Shown one piece after another: positions 58,363 to 64,000 of a stretch of 64,000 bases of DNA (position 1 is its first letter; every line of letters starts with the position of its first letter). A program made the translations under genes and the position numbers. The stretch is taken from contig CAVSVU010000018.1 in the NCBI GenBank assembly GCA_963731515.1, positions 114,424 to 178,423 of the forward strand, written 5' to 3'. The notes beneath the pieces were generated by a model that worked only from the letters and a program-made list of their open reading frames with translations, was not told the DNA's origin and did not search any database. Origin of the DNA: an uncultured Actinomycetes bacterium. GTDB taxonomy: Bacteria; Actinomycetota; Thermoleophilia; Gaiellales; JAICJC01.

Positions 58363-60186
58363 CTAGGGCGTCCGCAGGAGCCGGAACGTGCGCGCGCCCA
58401 GGCGGCAGGTCCCGGCGGGCACGAGGCCGGACCCGCCCAGGGCCGCGTGCGGCCTTGCGACCACCCAGCTGACGCCGGGCGGGACCGTCCCCCGGCCGAG
58501 CAGCGCCAGGTAGCGGGCGTGCCGCTCCTGCTGCGTCGGCGTCTGCTGCAGCCAGGTGCGGAAGCGCACCTTGGCGTGGACGATCTTCAGGAACAGCGAC
58601 GAGGCGGCGCTGCGCGAGAACAGGTTCAGGGCGATCGCGTCGGCGGTGGGCTCGCGGACGGCGGCCGCCGTGAGCGACTCCGCCGGCGGGAGCTGGGTGC
58701 AGGAGAGCTGGCGCGGATAGGCGTGGTGGACGGCCGCGGCCGTGGCGAGCACCGTCGAGGGGACGGCCACGGCGGCCACCGCCACCGCGACCGCGATCCC
58801 GCCGGCGCGGGCGGGGCCGCCGGCCAGCTCGACCAGGCGCTGCGCCGCGACGCCCGCGGGGACGGCGAGCGCGAGGACGAGGAACGGCAGGTAGCGCGAC
58901 CAGCGCAGCAGGGCCGGCGTGCCCAGCACCTCGGCGCCGTGGCCCAGGAGCGCGCCGCTCGCGCAGGCGACGGCCGGCACTGCGACGATCAGCGCGACTG
59001 CGAGCGTCGACATCCCCGCCGGCCTGCGGGCGATCGCGATCGTGCCGGCGGCGCCCAGCGGCAGGACGATCCCGAGCGCCACGATCGTCTGGCCGGGGGA
59101 GGGCAGGATGGGGGCGATGTGCGTGATCGAGACGAACCCGCCGTAGCGGTGGTAGTCGAGCGCGAGCGGCACGAGCCACACCGCCGCGACGACCGCGCCC
59201 GCGAGAACGGTGCGCCAGACCGCGAGGTCGCGGGCCGCGAGGGCGAGCACGACCGCCCAGGCGACGCAGAAGCCGCCTGCAAGCGGGCTGATGAGGAACG
59301 TGAAGCCGATCGCCGCGCCGGCCGCCCACAGCGCCTCGGGCCGGCCCCTGGCCAGCCCGCGCAGCATCAGCCACACCGCCAGCGGCGCCAGGCACGTTCC
59401 CAGCTCCCGCGGGATCAGCGGCGGGACGTTGCCGAGCGACGGCACGAGCACGTTCGAGAGCACGAGGTCGCCGTGGTAGGGGCCGAGGTTGACGCCGTTG
59501 GGGTGGAGCGCGGCCGCCGGGCTGTGCTGCCAGATCCAGCCGAACCCGGCCGCGGCGGTGAACAGGGCCGCCGCCCAGGCGGCGGCGGCGCGCGGCGCCC
59601 CCAGCTCGCGCGCGAGCAGCCACATCGCCAGCCAGCCGGCGGCCACACCGCCGACGTCGAGGGCGAGGATGGCCGCGTTCAGGTCGCCCGGAAGGGCCCC
59701 CAGAAGCCACGCGCCGATCGAGTGGTAGAGCCACGGATACGAGTTCGGCTCCCCCGCGTACACCCCGCCGGGCGCCGGGATGCCGGCGGCCAGCTGGCGG
59801 ATCCAGCCCTGGTGCCACAGCATGTCCTCGTGCGAGGGCCACAGGCGCGGCGTCGCCGCCAGGAACCCCGGGTAGGTGACGACGGCGGTGGTCGCCGCGG
59901 CGACGGCGAGCGGCCAGGCCGAGACCCGCCCCGGCCGCAGCGACGGGCGCCGCCATGCGACCAGCCCTGCGACCAGCACGGCGGCGATCCCCCGCAGCGC
60001 CCAGGGATGGCCGAGCAGGCCGACGCCGGCCGGCCCTTGCAGCATGGTCAGCCAGGCCAGGCCGACGGCGGCCAGGATCCCGTACGCCAGCCGCTCCGGG
60101 GCAGGCGAGGAGGGGGAGATCGCAGAGCCGCACACCCACACGGCCGCAGCCGTCACGGCCAGCGTCACCAGCGCAGACGCGATCAC
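58363..60186 (-). CDS. Polytopic membrane protein, possibly GT-C glycosyltransferase-like
   Basis: More than 10 hydrophobic segments and a first external loop 'HEDMLWH...YAGEPNSYPWLYH'. Confidence 0.6.
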   Translation of the reverse strand: MIASALVTLAVTAAAVWVCGSAISPSSPAPERLAYGILAAVGLAWLTMLQGPAGVGLLGHPWALRGIAAVLVAGLVAWRRPSLRPGRVSAWPLAVAAATTAVVTYPGFLAATPRLWPSHEDMLWHQGWIRQLAAGIPAPGGVYAGEPNSYPWLYHSIGAWLLGALPGDLNAAILALDVGGVAAGWLAMWLLARELGAPRAAAAWAAALFTAAAGFGWIWQHSPAAALHPNGVNLGPYHGDLVLSNVLVPSLGNVPPLIPRELGTCLAPLAVWLMLRGLARGRPEALWAAGAAIGFTFLISPLAGGFCVAWAVVLALAARDLAVWRTVLAGAVVAAVWLVPLALDYHRYGGFVSITHIAPILPSPGQTIVALGIVLPLGAAGTIAIARRPAGMSTLAVALIVAVPAVACASGALLGHGAEVLGTPALLRWSRYLPFLVLALAVPAGVAAQRLVELAGGPARAGGIAVAVAVAAVAVPSTVLATAAAVHHAYPRQLSCTQLPPAESLTAAAVREPTADAIALNLFSRSAASSLFLKIVHAKVRFRTWLQQTPTQQERHARYLALLGRGTVPPGVSWVVARPHAALGGSGLVPAGTCRLGARTFRLLRTP

Positions 60187-60253
60187 GTGGCCGGCCGCAT
60201 TCGGCCTGCGATTGTACCGAGTACCATGGCCGTGGGGCTCACGACCCCGCGGG

Positions 60254-60326
60254 GCCCTCGTAGCTCAGGGGATAGAGCGCGGCTCTCCTAAGGCCGGCGT
60301 CGCAGGTTCGAATCCTGCCGAGGGCA
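60254..60326 (+). tRNA. tRNA-Arg(CCT)
   Basis: Acceptor GCCCTCG/CGAGGGC, D-arm GCTC/GAGC, anticodon stem CGGCT/GGCCG with loop CT-CCT-AA, T-arm GCAGG-TTCGAAT-CCTGC. CCA not encoded. Confidence 0.95.
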
Positions 60327-60390
60327 TCGGTTCTCCGGGCGCCGCGCCACCCCGGTCGGGCGGGCACCGGGGAGTAGACTCCGATGGGCC

Positions 60391-60978
60391 ATGGTAATGC
60401 CGACGCCTGCCGAGAAGGACGGCCCGGGCGGCGACCTCGCGCCGACCGCCCGCGGCATCCTGACATCGGCCGCGCGCACGTTCGCAGACCGGGGGTCGGC
60501 CGTCAGCATGACCGAGATCGCGGCCCGCTCGGGCGTCGGCCGCGCGACGCTCTACCGCCACTTCCCGACCCGGGAGGCGCTCCTGCAGGACCTCCAGCGG
60601 GTGGCGGTCGAGAACGTCGGCGAGCGCCTCCGCGCCGCCGATCTGGGGTCACTTCCGGGCCCCGACGCCCTCGACCGGGCCGTCCGCGTCGTGCTCTCCG
60701 TCGGCCACGAGTACGCGGTCGTGGTGCGCGAGCAGGTGCCCGTGCCGCGCGACGTCGCCGACCGGCTCGTGCGCGACCCGATCCGGGAGATGCTGGGGAG
60801 GGGGCGGTCGGAGGGGTTGCTACGCACCGACTGCTCGCTCGAGTGGCTCGAGGACATGTTCGTGGGGCTCGTGCAGGCCGGGCTCCAGCAGATCGTCCGC
60901 CGGGGCGCCGACCTCGACGCGACGACGCGGTCCGTCGTCTCGGCCTACCTGGAAGGCGCGGGTGAGCGGCATGCCTGA
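60391..60978 (+). CDS. TetR/AcrR-family regulator
   Basis: 'SMTEIAARSGVGRATLYRHFPTREAL'. Confidence 0.92.
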   Translation: MVMPTPAEKDGPGGDLAPTARGILTSAARTFADRGSAVSMTEIAARSGVGRATLYRHFPTREALLQDLQRVAVENVGERLRAADLGSLPGPDALDRAVRVVLSVGHEYAVVVREQVPVPRDVADRLVRDPIREMLGRGRSEGLLRTDCSLEWLEDMFVGLVQAGLQQIVRRGADLDATTRSVVSAYLEGAGERHA

Positions 60979-61351
60979 GCGCGCCGGCATCAGCCTGCCG
61001 TCGCCGCCGGGCCGAAGCGCCCCGATCGAGCTCTGCACGTGCTGCGGCGAGCCGCTCGCGGCCGGCACCGACGTGTGCCCGAAGTGCAACACCGACGTGC
61101 GCGGCGGCGCCCGCTCCCAGGCCGCGCGGGGGTCGCTCCTGCTGGGCCTGCTCGGCCTCGCCGTGCTGCCGATCGTGTTCTCGGTCCCGGCGATCGCGCT
61201 GGCCGTCAAGGCGCGACACGACATCGCCCGCACGCCCGGCCTGCACGGCAGCGACGCGGCCGGCTGGGGGCTCGCGACGGGCATCATGGGCACCGTGCTC
61301 GGGATCTTCCTGATCCTGACGGTCGTCCTTGGGGTCTCCTCACCGAGATAG
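60971..61351 (+). CDS. Zinc-ribbon + DUF4190-like membrane protein
   Basis: CTCC...CPKC, then 'SLLLGLLG...AIALAVKARHDI...GSDAAGWGLATG'. Confidence 0.75.
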   Translation: MPERAGISLPSPPGRSAPIELCTCCGEPLAAGTDVCPKCNTDVRGGARSQAARGSLLLGLLGLAVLPIVFSVPAIALAVKARHDIARTPGLHGSDAAGWGLATGIMGTVLGIFLILTVVLGVSSPR

Positions 61352-61380
61352 GTCTCGCGGTGGAGTGTTATGGTCGTCCC

Positions 61381-62526
61381 GTGAGCCGGCCAAGACTCGC
61401 GTGGATCGAGTCGGGTTCCCGCCTGGAGTACGCATGGGTGGCGTTCGCAGTGCTGAATCTGGCCGCGATGCTCGCGATCATCGAGATCCGGTACGGGCAG
61501 GGCTGGGAGACCGTCCCGTTCCACTTCATCTACGTGTCGTTCACGATCCTGTACGGCTTCCGCGCGTGGCGAGGGCGGGCCACCCTGCTCGGGATCCTCT
61601 TCGTCACGATCACGACCGGCGCGGCCACGGCCTTCGGCATCTACCGGAACTGGGAGGAGCCGCCGGAGATCACCGAGGTGCCGCTCATGTCCCTGATGTT
61701 CGTGGCGATGGTCTACCACGTGCATCGCCGCCAGCAGGCGCAGGCGGTGGCCGAGGCGCTCGCCGCCGAGCGTAAGCGCGACCTCGAGCGCAAGTCGGAA
61801 TTCCTGTCCGACGCCTCGCACGAGCTCCTCACTCCGATCACGATCGGCCGCGGCCACATCGAGCTCCTGAACCGCAACCCCGACCCGGGGCCCGCGGATC
61901 TGAGCGAGACGTGCGAGGTGGTCCTGGGCGAGCTCGGCCGCATGGAGCGCGTGATCAACCGGCTGCTCCTGCTGGAGTCGGCCGGCGGGGCGGCGCCCTT
62001 CGAGCACGGGCGGATCGACGCCGCGGCGCTCCTCACGCAGACCTTCCAGCGTTGGCGGAACACGGCCGACCGTGACTGGCGGCTAGGCGACCTGCCTCCG
62101 GGCACGCTCGCCGTCGACCCCGATCAGCTCACTCTGGCGCTCGACGCGCTGGTCGAGAACGCTGTCCAGCACACCGAGAACGGCGGGCTGATCGAGATCG
62201 GTGCAGTGGCCGAGTCCGGGGCGTTGCGGATCCGTGTCCGCGACGGCGGCGACGGGATCCCCGAGGACGCCCGGACACGCGTGTTCGACCGCTTCTACCG
62301 CGTGGACGGCAGCCGCAGCCGTCGTAACGGCGGGGTCGGCCTGGGCCTCGCGATCGTGAAGGCGATCGCCGAGGCGCACGGCGGCAGCGTGTCCGTCCAC
62401 AGCCGTCCCGGCGCAGGGAGCATGTTCGAGCTGCGCCTGCCCGGGCTGCGCTCAGCAGGAGATGAGCCGGTACCCGCCGCCGCGGACGGTCTCGATCACC
62501 GCCTCGGCCTCGAGCTTGCGCCGTAG
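61381..62526 (+). CDS. Sensor histidine kinase
   Basis: N-terminal TM helices, 'DASHELLTP', 'LVENAVQH', 'DGGDGIP', 'FDRFYR', 'GLGLAIV'. Confidence 0.92.
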   Translation: MSRPRLAWIESGSRLEYAWVAFAVLNLAAMLAIIEIRYGQGWETVPFHFIYVSFTILYGFRAWRGRATLLGILFVTITTGAATAFGIYRNWEEPPEITEVPLMSLMFVAMVYHVHRRQQAQAVAEALAAERKRDLERKSEFLSDASHELLTPITIGRGHIELLNRNPDPGPADLSETCEVVLGELGRMERVINRLLLLESAGGAAPFEHGRIDAAALLTQTFQRWRNTADRDWRLGDLPPGTLAVDPDQLTLALDALVENAVQHTENGGLIEIGAVAESGALRIRVRDGGDGIPEDARTRVFDRFYRVDGSRSRRNGGVGLGLAIVKAIAEAHGGSVSVHSRPGAGSMFELRLPGLRSAGDEPVPAAADGLDHRLGLELAP

Positions 62527-63117
62527 GCGGGCGATGCAGACGTCGACGACGTTCGACCGCGGGTCGAACTGGTAGTCCCAGACGGCGTTCAGGATCCGCT
62601 CCCGCGAGACGACCTCCTCCGGCGTTCGCAGCAGGTACTCGAGCAGCGCGCACTCGCGCTCGGACAGCTGGACGCGGCCGCCGTCGCGGCGCATGATCCG
62701 GCGGTTGCGGGCGTCGAGCTGGAGCACCCGCCTGCTCGGTTCCCGCGGGTCGGCCGGGCCGCGGCGGCGCAGGCAGACGCGCACGCGCGCGAGGAGCTCG
62801 TCGAACGAGAACGGCTTGGCCAGGTAGTCGCTCGCGCCCGCGTCGAGCGCGGCGACCTTGGTGGCGACGCCGCTCTGGGCCGAGAGCACGAGCACCGGCA
62901 TGGGCGGGTCGGCTGCGACCGCGCGGGCGAGGACGCCGAAGCCGTCGATGCCCGGGAGCTTCAGGTCGAGCACGACCAGGTCCCATTCGCGGGCGCCGAG
63001 CTCGGCCACCGCCTCGTCTCCGCTGGCCGCGACGGCGGTCACGTACCCCTCCGCCCGGAGCCCTCGGCTGACGAACGTTGCGATCAGTGGCTCGTCTTCG
63101 ACCAGCAGAATCCGCAC
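62452..63117 (-). CDS. OmpR/PhoB-family response regulator (convergent with, and overlapping, the kinase gene)
   Basis: 'ILLVEDE', 'LDLKLP', 'DYLAKPF', 'NVVDV-x-I-x-RLRRK', 'TVRGGGY'. Confidence 0.92.
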   Translation of the reverse strand: MRILLVEDEPLIATFVSRGLRAEGYVTAVAASGDEAVAELGAREWDLVVLDLKLPGIDGFGVLARAVAADPPMPVLVLSAQSGVATKVAALDAGASDYLAKPFSFDELLARVRVCLRRRGPADPREPSRRVLQLDARNRRIMRRDGGRVQLSERECALLEYLLRTPEEVVSRERILNAVWDYQFDPRSNVVDVCIARLRRKLEAEAVIETVRGGGYRLISC

Positions 63118-63151
63118 AACGTCCGCAAGCATACGCCCGCCTTCCCGGCCC

Positions 63152-63183
63152 GGACATGACAGGGACATGACATGCGCTTGACG
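63152..63183. promoter_or_regulatory. Candidate OmpR/PhoB-family binding site (11-bp-period direct repeats)
   Basis: GGACATGACA at 63152 and 63163, with TGAC at 63157, 63168 and 63179. Confidence 0.6.
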
Positions 63184-63236
63184 CCGGAGGGTGCCGGATC
63201 GAGCATTGCAGCCGCTCGATCCGAGGGGAGGGCTCG

Positions 63237-63893
63237 ATCAGTCGTTCGACGAGGATCCTATGCACGCTCGGCGGCACCGTCGTGGTGGCCGCCCTGGTCG
63301 CGTGGTACGTGGTCGGGTACGTGATCTCCTTCCCGCCGACGGTGCCCCAGGCGAGCGCCGCCGGGGTCACGAACATCACCGTCCAGACCGTCGCCTCCTA
63401 CGGCCACGCCCCACACCCCGACTGGGTGTCCTACCTCGTCAAGAACGAGCAGGGGAACTGGGTGCACAGCACCATCTGGAAGGTGCCCGCGCACTCCCTC
63501 GTGCGGGTCACGGTCTACCAGTACGACGGCGACAGCGGGCTGCGAAACCCGTTCCTGGGCCAGCCGCGGGGAGTCGTCGGCGGCACGATGACGGTGAACG
63601 GGAAGCCGCTCCACGTCCTCGACCCGGACGACGCGTCGCACACGTTCACGATCCCCGACCTCGGCGTGAGCGTGCCGCTCAAGGGCGTCGCCGACGACGC
63701 CCCCAACCAGTGCGCCGTGACGCCGTGCACGCTGGCGCAGGCCCACAACACGATCGTCTTCGAGTTCCGGACGGGCAAGCCCGGCCTGCACCGCTGGCAG
63801 TGCTTCGTGCCGTGCGCGGCAGGATGGCTGTACGGCTTCGGCGGGCCGATGCAGACCGTCGGCTGGATGGACGGGTTCCTCAAGGTCGTGTGA
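63237..63893 (+). CDS. Membrane-anchored cupredoxin-like protein (start codon uncertain)
   Basis: TM helix, 'SHTFTIPDLG', 'FRTGKPG-x-HRWQCFVPC...GPM...WMDG'. Frame is open from 63171. A GGAGG SD precedes ATC at 63237, first GTG is 63282. Confidence 0.7.
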   Translation: MSRSTRILCTLGGTVVVAALVAWYVVGYVISFPPTVPQASAAGVTNITVQTVASYGHAPHPDWVSYLVKNEQGNWVHSTIWKVPAHSLVRVTVYQYDGDSGLRNPFLGQPRGVVGGTMTVNGKPLHVLDPDDASHTFTIPDLGVSVPLKGVADDAPNQCAVTPCTLAQAHNTIVFEFRTGKPGLHRWQCFVPCAAGWLYGFGGPMQTVGWMDGFLKVV

Positions 63894-63897
63894 CCGG

Positions 63898-64000
63898 ATG
63901 GACGACCGTTCCCACCTCATCCGGGCGGCGGCGATCTGGGCCGTCCTGGCCATCGTCGCCGACCTCGTGATGGGGTTCGCGGTCGCGCCGCATATGCCGC
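63898..64000 (+). CDS. Membrane protein, 3' truncated by window (possibly another oxidase subunit II)
   Basis: MDDRSHLIRAAAIWAVLAIVADLVMGFAVAPHMP..., starting 4 nt after the preceding stop. Confidence 0.5.
   Translation, partial: MDDRSHLIRAAAIWAVLAIVADLVMGFAVAPHMP

Noticed and set aside
60254..64000. Genomic island integrated at tRNA-Arg
   Set aside because: No integrase, no duplicated tRNA 3' end and no obvious composition shift within the window.

Overview
High-GC actinobacterial chromosomal DNA. Gene content and repeat style suggest class Thermoleophilia (Gaiellales/Solirubrobacterales-like), which is an inference. Most of the window is core genome: tatA-tatC, a suf Fe-S operon with a DtxR-family regulator, dcd, gabT, the fhaA-fhaB-pstP-rodA-pbpA-pknB cell-wall signalling cluster ending in ddl, DUF47-pit, an HD-GYP protein, ABC-F, lutABC plus an ornithine-cyclodeaminase-family gene, two convergent A2-type cytochrome c oxidase operons, SPFH/NfeD, RNase D, tRNA-Arg(CCT), a two-component pair and the start of a cupredoxin-led operon. 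About nine single-base +1 frameshifts break otherwise normal genes and are most likely long-read assembly errors. The most interesting element is a five-gene, translationally coupled mau-like operon (52541-55469). It encodes a MauE-like protein, a Tat-exported 22-cysteine MauA-like protein, a MauD-like thioredoxin, a MauF-like membrane protein and a hypothetical protein, with no mauB or mauG. The MauF-like gene has an in-frame TGA exactly where the W-S-P-C-G cysteine is expected, followed at once by a SECIS-like hairpin, making it a candidate selenoprotein. A second candidate is an independently promoted, structured ~220-nt intergenic transcript (13755-13980) with 15-nt complementarity to the 16S rRNA 3' end. 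No CRISPR array, integrase or transposase was seen.
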